NCBI GenBank assembly: GCA_025603075.1
Contig: MU626372.1
Location: 2,982-66,981, forward strand
Direction of reading: 5' to 3'
Source: Neoconidiobolus thromboides FSU 785
Taxonomy: Eukaryota > Fungi > Entomophthoromycota
Length of the DNA: 64,000 nucleotides
Shown here: positions 1 through 10,503 of the stretch, piece by piece
How the letters are laid out: every line of letters starts with the position of its first letter
Numbering within the stretch: position 1 is the stretch's first letter
The notes under the pieces: generated by a model
Database searches by the model: none
What the model was told of the DNA's origin: nothing
What the model saw: only the letters and a program-made list of their open reading frames with translations
Program-made: the position numbers and the translations under genes

Positions 1-706
1 TTCTTAAAACAGTGGATGAATGTGATATGTATAGTATCAAAACCTCAAGTTGGAATTTCTATTTTTGAAACTATGTCATGTAGAAGACTAACAATGAACT
101 TTTTATAAATTAGGATCCATAAATTAAATGAATTTTCCAAACATAACTTAGTACTACTTGTAATTAAGAATAACCCTTGTAGAGACAATCGATATATGGT
201 TTAGGTTGATTTAAATGAAGATTGATGTATTAATAAAACTAAACCAACGATATAAATAGATTATTAAAACATAGTAACATAACATTAACATCCCTTAAAC
301 TAGAAACTCCTGTATATACTAATAATATTAACGGTTATAATATTATTAGTAACTAAAAGGATGAGGTTGTTTAATTCCCCAAATCAGGTATTACCACAGT
401 ACCTTACTATCTTGATTTAAAATTAAGGTTAAATATAGTACTAAAATAAAAAATTAACAATGTATTTAATCACTATTACTTGATAATTTTCCATACGGTT
501 CATTCACACAGCTTTTTAGTATTTTAATGTAAATTTAACACTATAAGATATTATTTAATATAGTTTTACATTATAGACATTATTAAAATAGCAGTTTAGT
601 GGATTGTGTTTAATGTGTAGATAAATACTACCTTCAGAGCTGGGTTTTGTAATACGTTTAAAGGGTGTAGATGTAAACCGCATCCCCTTTCAAGAAGGCC
701 ATATTT

Positions 707-732
707 TAAAATAAAATAAAATAAAATAAAAA
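707..732. repeat. (TAAAA)n microsatellite
   Basis: About 5 tandem TAAAA units seen directly. Confidence 0.8.
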
Positions 733-1512
733 TATTATACACCTTAAAACCTAATATAAGAACAAAAACAGGTAAATAAGAAGCTTCTAGTTTGGTTGAA
801 ATTTATAAGGAAGATCAACGCTTCAGAGCATTCAAGTTTTCTAACATTTTCAAAGAATAACAACTTACTTGTTCCGTCTTTTTCTATGAGTATGCCCATG
901 CTTGCCTCCAGACCTTATGATAGAAGCTATTTGCTTATTCATGGTCTTTCAAGGTAAGACTACATTCCTATTTGGCTTTTAGGGTTGTTAAATAAAATGA
1001 CTATCATATGATAGTGTGATATTTCTAACCATTTTATAAATTAAGATCATTAAGTCCAGTCAGAAATTAATTGATTAATTTGAGCTTTTGTTATAATTCT
1101 ATTACTAATAGCATTGAAATCATATTTAAATTAATAAAAAATAGAAAAAAAAATTTATTAACTAAAATAGGTGATTATACGAAAGAAATTAATACGAGAT
1201 TACTGCTAAAAATAAATAAACATTAACAATCGATTGTACCCTCCCTTAAACTAAAATAAATCTAAAGTTTAGACCAGTCGATTTTTGAAATTTTATTTTT
1301 TCAAAATTCGAATATTCTAAAAGAATTATTGGTTGAAATTAAATGAAGATACAGATCTAAAACCAAAGTTAAATATTCAATTATTAATTTTCTAAATAAA
1401 TAATACTAGCTTAAAGCCTGCTTTAGACTACTAAGTTAAGAAATTTAAACTTTTAATTATCGTTTTAATAATTTGTATTCATCTTTATTCCTAATTCAAT
1501 ATTATCTACATC

Positions 1513-1610
1513 TGGCGATGTATTTTTGTGTTTAAGAATTTTACTAACAATTTTTTGCTCAAACAGTGCTTAAAAGACGGAAAAAGTAATAAAGCCAAAA
1601 AGACACCCCA
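1513..1610 (+). mobile_element. MITE family 1 copy (~100 bp; strand labels for this family are arbitrary)
   Basis: TGGCGATG...CACCCCA termini, conserved core TTTAAGAATTTTACTAACAA...GCTTAAAA..GGAAAAAGTAAT, flanked by TC/TC. Confidence 0.85.
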
Positions 1611-2195
1611 TCTCCTTTTATATTTACATATTTTTTTGAAAAGAAAGTTAATGTGTTTTTGCACTATACTATTTTGCCACTCTTCCCAAATTTGTTGATC
1701 TTATATCGACCTTTTTGGCCATCTACATAGTCTGTACTATTCATTATAATTTTACAACCAGTATTATGTATCTCTTATGGTTTTTCCACTATACAAATGC
1801 TAGTGGTGTAGCAGGACAAACTCTTTTATAATGAGTTTGTATACTTCTACTAAGGAACTAGACATACCCCAAACCAACTGTTAGATCCCCAAGTAATATG
1901 TTATTCTTCAATTTTTAAAATTATACCCATCGTTCATTTCTTTTAAGTCTTTGAATTTTAGTATCTAAGCCCCATACATTTTTGAAGTTTTAATTTTAAT
2001 AAAAGACCTTTCAAGTGCTTTTATACAGAAGAAAAAAGTAGAATAAATGAATATAAAAGTTAATTAGCAGAATAAAGTAAAATGAGAGTTATAAACGGAG
2101 AAAAAAGGAGATATAGTTATTAGAGTATTAGACAAGATTTAAATTTTTGTTTTATACCTTCATTTTTAAAGCTTTGGTATTTAATTTAAAACAAA

Positions 2196-2293
2196 CGGGG
2201 ATATGCTTTTTTGCCCAAAAGTTATTGACAATTTTTCCACTCGAATAGCACTTAAGAAATGGAAAAAGTAATGAAATCAAAAAAAGTATCTCA
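2196..2293 (+). mobile_element. MITE family 1 copy, degenerate
   Basis: CGGGGATATG...ATTTTTCCACTCGAATAGCACTTAAGAAATGGAAAAAGTAATGAAATC...TATCTCA matches the family consensus. Confidence 0.75.
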
Positions 2294-2502
2294 TCTCTTC
2301 AAATTGATAATTTGAAAGAATTATAGTATATTTGATGTTACTTTGCAGTTAATAATAATTTCATAAAAAACTTTGAAGTATAAATTAATTAAAAACCTAT
2401 AATAATAATAAGCAATGCTTTTAACTGTAAAAATTAAGAATATATATTATAACAACATAATATTAATTAATTTAATTCAATTTAATTTAATATATGAATA
2501 GT

Positions 2503-3266
2503 TTACATAATTTTACATTCTTTTTTAAACTTATTTAAAGTAATAAAATCAAATAAAAAATTAGATAAATTATCAATATCCTCCAATTTCTTATTTGAGA
2601 TTTGAAAATATCCTAAGGCACCTAAAGATCGAGCCATATTCCAACCCTAAGAAATAAAGTTATTAGTTATTTGTTATTTAATAATTGTAGTTATGAATTA
2701 CTTGGGCTATTGTAATCCTATGATCTAAATTCATATTTAAATCGGAATGAGTACCAATTAATATTAATTGACAATTCTTTAACTTTTTATAAATTATTGA
2801 TAATAAATTATTTCTTAAAATCAATAAACTTTCTGGCTGACATATATTAAACACTCCAAGTACTATTTTACTATCATTCACTCCTAAATGTAAAAATGTT
2901 TCATATTCTTTTTTTCCTATTGTATTTGATTAACTTGTATCTTTTTATTATAGAATAAAGCCTACCGCTAATATCCCATATATGTACTACTTTGGAATTG
3001 GAAGAGTATTTATTCACTGTATATTGTACTCGATAAAAGATTTCTTCATCTGAACTCTATAATATTAGATAAAATTTTGTTTTAATAGTACATAAAATAC
3101 AAATAGTTACCAATTTGACATGTTCTCCTTTGGTCAAATTATTCAATAAATTAGTTTTACCCACTCCAGAAGTACCCAGCATACAAATTTTAATAATCTT
3201 TTGTTTTTTATTGATTTGTTCATTATAACTTTCAATACGATTATCATTTTCTAAAAAGCGTATCAT
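2503..3266 (-). CDS. Atypical Rho/Ras-like small GTPase, 201 aa, 4 exons (3266-3111, 3056-2966, 2916-2702, 2646-2503), C-terminal CAAX box CKIM
   Basis: Manual splicing over three GT-AG introns (54, 49, 55 nt) gives an open frame with G1 GTSGVGKT, G3 WDISG, G4-like GTHSD, G5-like SNK and terminal CKIM-stop. Confidence 0.85.
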
Positions 3267-4017
3267 AATTATAGAAATAGAAAGAGTTGTATATCTTGTT
3301 ATTAATTTTAAAAGATGAAAATAAATAAATTAAAAAATATTAAAAATAGTTTAAAAAGCCCTTAATATTAGTTTTATAAAAAGAATAATATTTTGTAATC
3401 ACGTTGATTGGAGAGATAAAAGCAAATCGATGTCAATTAAAATCCAATAATATGACTATTGCATTTCTTTTTTGATTTAGTTATTTGTTCATTTCAAAAA
3501 AAGCAATATTATATTTGATCAGAATACAGCGATTATGTATTAAGAAATCAGTTAGATAAATATATAATTATAAAAATCAATGCTAAAGAAGCCACAAATA
3601 ACTTTTAATAACTGTAAGTTGATCAACTTGTCAAATAAAATGAAAAAGCCCTACTTTTATTGGCGTCAATTGAAGCAAATAACTTTTTAAATTTTAGGTT
3701 TAAGTAACACGAATCTTAGTTTCTTTTTTTATGGTGGAAATTTATCTTTATTGAGTAAAATTGAAGCTTGGTTCACTTACATGGGGGTTCGTAATTCTAA
3801 TCTATTAGTGAATTTTTTGTACCCATTTTGTTTTCAATTGCTAAAAAATTCAGGAGATACTAAAAAACATGTTCAGTTTAGCTAATTAGACTGAATAACT
3901 ATAATAAAAGCTAGAATAATTTTTTATTAAGTAATCATATAAAATCTAATTAATTATATAATCTAGAATAATCCCAAAATTGCATTATGGATTATATATT
4001 TTTCATCTAAAACTTTT

Positions 4018-4181
4018 TATATTGTTACAGCTTTATTATGATTTTATTGGCAGTTCATTTAAGAATAAATTTTTTATTGAAATCACAGGAAAAGTAAAGA
4101 TTAGTTTTAAAAAAGCCAAAAAAGATATAACTAGGTCTAAAAATTACTATAAATTAAGTCACAATAGAGTTGTAACAGCTA
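4018..4181. mobile_element. Putative MITE family 2 copy A (~160 bp)
   Basis: Right end AATAGAGTTGTAACAGCTA (4163-4181) is the reverse complement (1 mismatch) of the left end of the homologous segment at 9343; left end degenerate. Confidence 0.5.
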
Positions 4182-4491
4182 TACGCTAAAGCTAAATTTC
4201 ATCATTTCAAATTCAGGGGTAGATTTCAAATTAGCCAACCCACCCAAAACTAGACTAAATTTTTAGCAAAAAATTATCAAACTAATAAATTATATCTTAC
4301 CACCCTAATAAAACTAAGTTAAACAAAAGAATAACGACACTCCATAAAACCCAATATTTTACTTAAAAATAACACAACTATTTTTAAAATGAAGTATAAA
4401 AAGAAGTATAATTGCAGTCTCAATTACAATAAAAAAATAAGTATCTAACCAACTAATCCTACTTAATTCCCTAATTTTCATTCAAAAAAAG

Positions 4492-5010
4492 ATGAACTAT
4501 CAATTAATTTTACTTACTTTGATTTCCATAATTAAAGCTAATGACTATAATAACAATGATATCCAAATTACTGTAAAGAGTCCAACTAATTATATCCCTA
4601 CCGTCAACACTCCCGGTTATTCTTCTGGTCCAAGTGCTCCAAACACTAACACTCCACCAATCAATGCACCAGGCTATTCACAAGGTCCAAGTGCCCCCAA
4701 TACTAATACTCCACCTATTAATTCTCCTGGTTATTCTTCCGGCCCTAGCTCACCAAGCAATTATATCCCACCAGTTAATACTCCAGGTTATTCTTCAGGT
4801 CCAAGTGCCCCCAATACTAATACTCCACCAATTAATACACCAAGTTATTCACAAGGTCCAAGTGCTCCCAAAGATTATATACCAATTATTAGTGCCCCAG
4901 GATATAGTAATTCTCCAAGTAGTCCAAACACCCCTAATTCTCCAAATGCTCCTAATAATTATATTCCTATTATTGCCCCACCTAGTTATAAATCACCAGT
5001 TTATTATTAA
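4492..5010 (+). CDS. Secreted Pro/Ser/Asn/Tyr-rich repeat protein (19-aa / 57-nt repeats PGYSSGPSAPNTNTPPIN)
   Basis: Hydrophobic N-terminal signal peptide, about 6 tandem units, upstream TATAAA at ~4395. Confidence 0.85.
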   Translation: MNYQLILLTLISIIKANDYNNNDIQITVKSPTNYIPTVNTPGYSSGPSAPNTNTPPINAPGYSQGPSAPNTNTPPINSPGYSSGPSSPSNYIPPVNTPGYSSGPSAPNTNTPPINTPSYSQGPSAPKDYIPIISAPGYSNSPSSPNTPNSPNAPNNYIPIIAPPSYKSPVYY

Positions 5011-5670
5011 GGAATAAGGATTTGGTATTAATAAAACTATTTATTGAAAATATAAGTGGTAACCAATTTAGTTATTTTTTTAAGTTTATAATTTTAAAAG
5101 CTTATTGTAGCCATTTTAATATTATTAAATTATCTTCATAATATTAAAAATTAATAATTAATAATAAATTCTATTTTCTCTCTCTTAATAGATTTGACAC
5201 CTTGTTAGCTATAATAAAGAATAAAAACACTTAAATCACATAGCTTAAGCAATTGAGGTATTAATGGGATGTGATTGAAAGGAAAGGTTGAATTCAACTA
5301 ATTACTACCTTTGATAACACCAGAGTGACTTAGTGAAGTCCAATTTCTTTCCTCTCTCTTGAAACTTTCTCATTGAGCAGTAATAGACACAAATTGAAAG
5401 AAGCAACAAGATTATAGGATTCTATTGAAAAGCTGGCTCTATTTTTATTTCTAAACTATATTTCAACTTAACTTCTATTATTAATTTTATTGAAAACAAA
5501 ATTATTAGTCTATCTTATCCAAGCTTAAAAATATTAAGAATACAATGAAAATAATAAAAAGTCAAAAATAAAATGATTAATTAAAGTTCATTCTAAATAA
5601 TAAGTAATTTTTTTATTAATACTTAATCGATATGCTAGAAATATTGAATACATTTTTTTATAAAAATTAG

Positions 5671-6012
5671 TTATGAATGATAAGTAGCCACTACACTTTT
5701 ACCTCCATTACCATCGTCATAAACTTGAACATCAGGTTGAATATTACCACTACTATAAACCACAGTATTAGAGTAGCCACCATTGTTATCCGTTTTACTA
5801 TTAGAGTAATCCACTTTTAACCCTCCGTTGTTACCATTAGGAACGTAGGCTCTATTGAGTGTATTAAATTGTTGATTGAACCCATTTTGAATTTGATTTT
5901 GAATTTGAGAAGCCATAGCATTGAACTGAGTTTGATAATCGATTGTTGGGGGAGCTAAATAAGAGGATAGATAAAGGGGGAGATTAACAATGAGGAGAGA
6001 ACCGAATTTCAT
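5671..6012 (-). CDS. Small secreted Gln/Asn/Gly-rich protein (likely start MKFGSLLIV at 6012)
   Basis: Signal-peptide-like start MKFGSLLIVNLPLYLSSYLA; TATAAATA on the minus strand ~75 nt upstream; biased, coding-like composition. Confidence 0.7.
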   Translation of the reverse strand: MKFGSLLIVNLPLYLSSYLAPPTIDYQTQFNAMASQIQNQIQNGFNQQFNTLNRAYVPNGNNGGLKVDYSNSKTDNNGGYSNTVVYSSGNIQPDVQVYDDGNGGKSVVATYHS

Positions 6013-7180
6013 TCTTGTATTAGTTTGTAATAAATAAATAATAATTTTAATAATTGTTAAGTTCAACTTTTTGTTGAATTTTCGCTATTTATATCTTTTC
6101 TTTACTTACTAGTTTCTCCCCCCTTAATCGATAAGTTTTTTTAACCATTTTCTTTTGCTAGAACAGCAAAAATTTGGTTATTTTTTTGGCATAAAGATGG
6201 GTAAAATAGTTGGAGTCAACTCCAATCAATTAACGGAGTTTAAAAATTGATTGGAATTATGTTTAATTTTATATTAACCTCCTCATTGTATTTTTCGCCT
6301 AATATTGAACTTTAAAATAAATTCTGGATACTTAAATCTATATTCACCCATCTAATTTTAAACTAAAATTTAACATTAGGGGTATTCTCTTTTAGTTTCA
6401 TCGCTTTTTTCATTTTTTAAGCACTATTTAAGTGGAAATTTTTTTAATAAATTCTTAAACAAATAAACCCCTAATAATACCTTAGGTATTCATATTAACG
6501 TTATAAATAATCTATTTGCTCTTTTATATACAATAAAATTGTTACAAAAAGCTTCAATTATATAAAATAATTGTTTATTTTAGTTGGTAATGATTGTTTA
6601 ATCTCCTTTATTTAAGAAGTCTAAGAATATAAAATATAAAACATTGTCTTAAGATAATAAAATAGTCACCATAAAAGTAGTATAATGATTTAGGTTTAGA
6701 ATCATAAAAGAACTGGAAGCTTTCTATATAAGCTTTTTTTAAGTAGTTTATTTGAGTTTATTCATTAAAAAGTAAGACTTTGTTTTGATAAATAATGAAT
6801 AGAACTAAAAGGATGATATTATTGATTTAATTAAATTTATTCAAAACGGTAATTTTTTTTTTCAAATGTTTGGTATCAATTAACTAAATTTCGGGAATTT
6901 TTGTTCAGTTCCAATAATTTTTTAATGAGAAAAGATTGAATTTTTGTACTATATAGATGTATTTTTTCATTATCATTTTTTATTAATAAAATTTTTAGTT
7001 TTAAAATTATATCTTGTTTTCATTAGTTTAAATAGTTTGAAAATTGGTTGACCTTTAGCTTGAAAAAACAATTAATATAAAGCGTTTACTTTAAATACTT
7101 GTATCAAGAAAAAACGATATCTAATATTTAAAAAAATATTAAAAAACTTAAATAATAGACTAAATAAACAAATAACCATA

Positions 7181-7280
7181 TGCGGATGTATTTTTACATT
7201 TAAGAATTTTACTAACAAATTTTCCACTCAAACAGCGCTTAAAGATGGAAAAAGTAATGAAGCCAAAAGAAACATCGCCA
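7181..7280 (+). mobile_element. MITE family 1 copy
   Basis: TGCGGATG...CATCGCCA, full internal consensus. Confidence 0.85.
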
Positions 7281-7282
7281 AG

Positions 7283-7380
7283 CGTTAGTGAAATTCTTAT
7301 ATAAAAATACACCCTCATGTATATTATATAAATCCATTTTTTTTGCTGCATTTTTAAAATTGTTAAAATACATCCCCGTA
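7283..7380 (-). mobile_element. MITE family 1 terminal fragments
   Basis: GTTAGTGAAATTCTTATATAAAAATACACCCTCA and AAAATACATCCCCG resemble isolated element ends. Confidence 0.45.
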
Positions 7381-7430
7381 TTAATTTCTATTTATGTTAA
7401 ATTCAAAACTTTTACATTTATTAAAAAGAC

Positions 7431-7533
7431 AGGTGGATGTTTTTTTTTGATTTTATTACTTTTTCCATCTTTTAAGTGCTGTTTGAGCGGAAAGATTGTT
7501 GATGAAATTATTAAATCTAAAAACATATCCCCC
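7431..7533 (-). mobile_element. MITE family 1 copy
   Basis: AGGTGGATGTTTTTTTTTGATTTTATTACTTTTTCCATCTTTTAAGTGCTGTTTGAG...ATATCCCCC matches the reverse consensus. Confidence 0.8.
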
Positions 7534-7763
7534 TATACTGAAGCTATAGTTGATAACAATGGTATTTGTCGGTTTTTATTTTCCATTTTTTAAGTATTGG
7601 TTTTATATATCGTTTGACTAATTGATACTATTAGTAGTAAACTTTAATAATATGTCTTTTTATTTTGTTATAGAACCCTATAAAGATTGTATTATTATAG
7701 ATAGTTGTTGAGATTAATATAAATGAATTACAATGTTTATATAGTGTGTTTCTCCTTATTATA

Positions 7764-7864
7764 TGGGGGTGTTTTTTTTGGTTTCATTACTTTTTCCATC
7801 TCTTAAGCACCATTTGAGCGAAAAAATCGTTAATAAAATTCTCAAACGCAATGAAACATCACCA
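7764..7864 (-). mobile_element. MITE family 1 copy
   Basis: TGGGGGTG...CATCACCA with TA/TA flanks. Confidence 0.9.
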
Positions 7865-8140
7865 TATTAAGATTTTAAAAAAATTCTGTTTTAAAGTTTA
7901 GTTATAAAAGTCTGCATTTTGTTTTTATTTTAACAAAAAATGAAATAAAATAATAGTATGTTTATATGCTATACATCTATTAAGAACTTAATAGAAATGA
8001 TACAAAGCATATAATTAAAAAAATCAGTTATTTAAAATAAACAATTAAAATAAGTTTTTCAAGTTAAAATTTTTTGTATTTAATTTTAAACTTCTTAAAT
8101 TCAGCTAATCACATATTAAAGATTTATAAATTTCAATAAA

Positions 8141-8240
8141 TGGGGATGTATTTTTGTATTTAAGAATTTTACTGACAATTTTTCCACATAAATAGCGCTT
8201 AAAAAATGGAAAAATAATGAAACTAAAAAAAACAGCCCCA
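8141..8240 (+). mobile_element. MITE family 1 copy
   Basis: TGGGGATG...CAGCCCCA with AA/AA flanks. Confidence 0.9.
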
Positions 8241-8277
8241 AATTCTCAAATCAATTCAAACATTCCCACATTTTATT

Positions 8278-8950
8278 AAATAATAGTCGAATTTCAATTA
8301 GTTATAAATATAGTTTATTTAAAATAATAATAACAATAGCTAGATTGAGAGTAAAAAATAAATAGAAATAGAAATAGAACTATCATCAGGACACTTAAGG
8401 ATATCATTAAATCAGTAAGATAAACGCTAAATTATATCAAAATCACATTGACTAAGAAATGATTATTTGGCAATAAAAGGAGTTAAACTAAGCTTTAGAG
8501 TATATTCAAAATTATTATTAGAACCTTTGAAGCCTTTTATCAGCATACTATCGAAATCAAGTAAACTATCTTTCTTTCGGTGCTCAAATCCCTTTATTTC
8601 ATAGTTCAAATCCCCCAGATTACAGGACGATAAAAGCATTGAGCTCCATTTATCAAATCTATATGATTTTTTTCTCCAGATCATTTTGATTATTCATTAA
8701 GAAAATTAAATTTTACTAAAAATTAATTTTTTAAGCTAAATACATAAATATATATACTATTATTACTATCACTGTCATTATAATATAATTCTTTAAGCAA
8801 TTATGACCATCAAAATATTTAACATGGTAATAGCGATAGCAGAGACATTTTAGTTTGTAAGTATGAAATAAATGCTGAATATAGTATACTCCATGTATGA
8901 AATGGATTAAGAAAACTAAGAGTTTTATTAATTTAATACGGTAACTTTTT
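8278..8950. repeat. Inverted duplication arm A (partner 14930-15580)
   Basis: The reverse complement aligns with 14930-15580; 8278-8580 is nearly identical and the rest more diverged. Confidence 0.9.
8463..8684 (-). CDS. 73-aa orphan, YTLxLSLTP-motif family
   Basis: Frame conserved in the duplicate at 15172; C-terminal motif shared with ORFs at 16575 and 33945. Confidence 0.6.
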   Translation of the reverse strand: MIWRKKSYRFDKWSSMLLSSCNLGDLNYEIKGFEHRKKDSLLDFDSMLIKGFKGSNNNFEYTLKLSLTPFIAK

Positions 8951-9342
8951 GATTCTTAGGAAGCGCTTGGTTTAATAAAAAAAACTTGTTATATTACTGA
9001 AAAAGTAGTAGAGTCTATTTAATACATAAGTACAAAAAACAAAAATAGTATTAGATACAACATAACAAAATTCTGGCTTATAGAAACATATTTGACGTCT
9101 TTAAAAGTTACTAATTTATAATATCTAAAGTGTAGAAAGATATTCAAATTATATAAGAGCCATATATAATAAATCCAACATAATATCATAGATTATCAAA
9201 AACAAGATAAGAGCTCGGATTTAACAAGATTACTTATATAGCTCATTTTCTTAATATCTTAGCATTTGAAGCTTAATTAATGACGTTTTAACTTTGATCA
9301 GAAATAGCCCCAATTTATAGGCATTTTTAGTTTGAATGCTTC

Positions 9343-9501
9343 TAGCTGCTACAACTCTATTTCAACCTAATTGCTTATTTAAGAGTAAATTTTTGCCAAT
9401 ATCAGGCTAAATTCTGAAATTAGGCTTCGAAAAAGCCAAATGAATAAATAACTGGCTCTAAAAATTACCATAAATTAGTCATAATAGAGCTGCTGAAACC
9501 A
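9343..9501. mobile_element. Putative MITE family 2 copy B
   Basis: Left end TAGCTGCTACAACTCTATT; body aligns with 4025-4181 (AAAAGCCAAA...TCTAAAAATTAC.ATAAATTA). Confidence 0.5.
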
Positions 9502-9517
9502 TAATTTAAGTAGAATT

Positions 9518-9618
9518 TGGGGATGTGTTTTTGTGTTTAAGAATTTTACTAACAATTTTTCCACTTAAATAGTGCTTAAAAAACGGAAAAAGTAATGAAG
9601 TCAAAATAAACACTCCCA
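9518..9618 (+). mobile_element. MITE family 1 copy
   Basis: TGGGGATG...CACTCCCA with TT/TT flanks. Confidence 0.9.
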
Positions 9619-10466
9619 TTTTGTAAAAATTCTGCTCCACTTTTTTTAAAAATTATACGTTATGACATCAAATTTTTGATCTAATAAATAGTAAAATTAA
9701 TACATTAAGCTTTTTTTTATGTCTATATTTTGAATAGTTTATCAAATTTATATTTAAATGTAACAAAAATAATGACTGATTTTGAAATAAAGACGATAGG
9801 ATATCATCTACATACTTAGACTAAATAGAATTAGCCTAGGCTCTTAGTGTTGTTCATAAGAAGGGTTAAGATTAATAAAATAGTTAGTTTGATGATAAAA
9901 AAATCATGTCTCTTTAATAAATCTGTCTTCTAGTACTTATGCATGAAATAATAATATTTATTATAACCCTTAGATTATTTCATAGCCAAATACTATCTAT
10001 TTTTACAGTCTTTATTTCAAGATAGGAGTATGCTATTGCTTATTTTTCAATATTTAAAAGTAATATTTATAAGTAATATCGTCTAATCTATAAGCATTTT
10101 TGATTTTAACAAGTCTTAGTCAATTCGCCCATACTGATTTAAATTACCAACTTATAGTTCAACTACTCTACTAAATCCAGAAACGCTCATACTTCACTTA
10201 TAAATAAATTTACATAAAGCAGAGTATAAAGCTTATGAATAAACTTATCAATGACAGAAACTGGCAAAAAGATTCTTGAATATCTCCTTATTAAGTAATT
10301 ACTTTTCATTTGAATTTAGTATAGCTCGTGTTTTCACAGTTCATTATTATTAACCTCACATATCAACCTTAGCAAATCTTAACACGAATAAAATGCTTGG
10401 GAGTTTATGACTCCTTCAAAGTTTTCTAAATAAGAACAAAATTACAAGTTTTTTATTTTATCATTG

Positions 10467-10503
10467 TTTATTTTATTTTATTTTATTTTATTTTATTTTA
10501 TTT
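10467..10503. repeat. (TTTTA)n microsatellite
   Basis: About 7 tandem units seen directly. Confidence 0.85.

Noticed and set aside
1690-1990. GC-richer stretch that looks like decayed coding sequence (similar patches at 780-960, 47260-48030, 59640-60050)
   Set aside because: All frames have several stops and no motif I can recognise; cannot be assigned without a database search.
4634-5017. 127-aa alternative-frame ORF over the Pro-rich gene
   Set aside because: By-product of the 57-nt repeats; no signal peptide or independent support.
7160-7593. ORFs running through MITE copies (also 22616, 22777, 32000, 52444, 59160)
   Set aside because: They are translations of the non-coding repeat in A/T-rich DNA, with no conserved frame.
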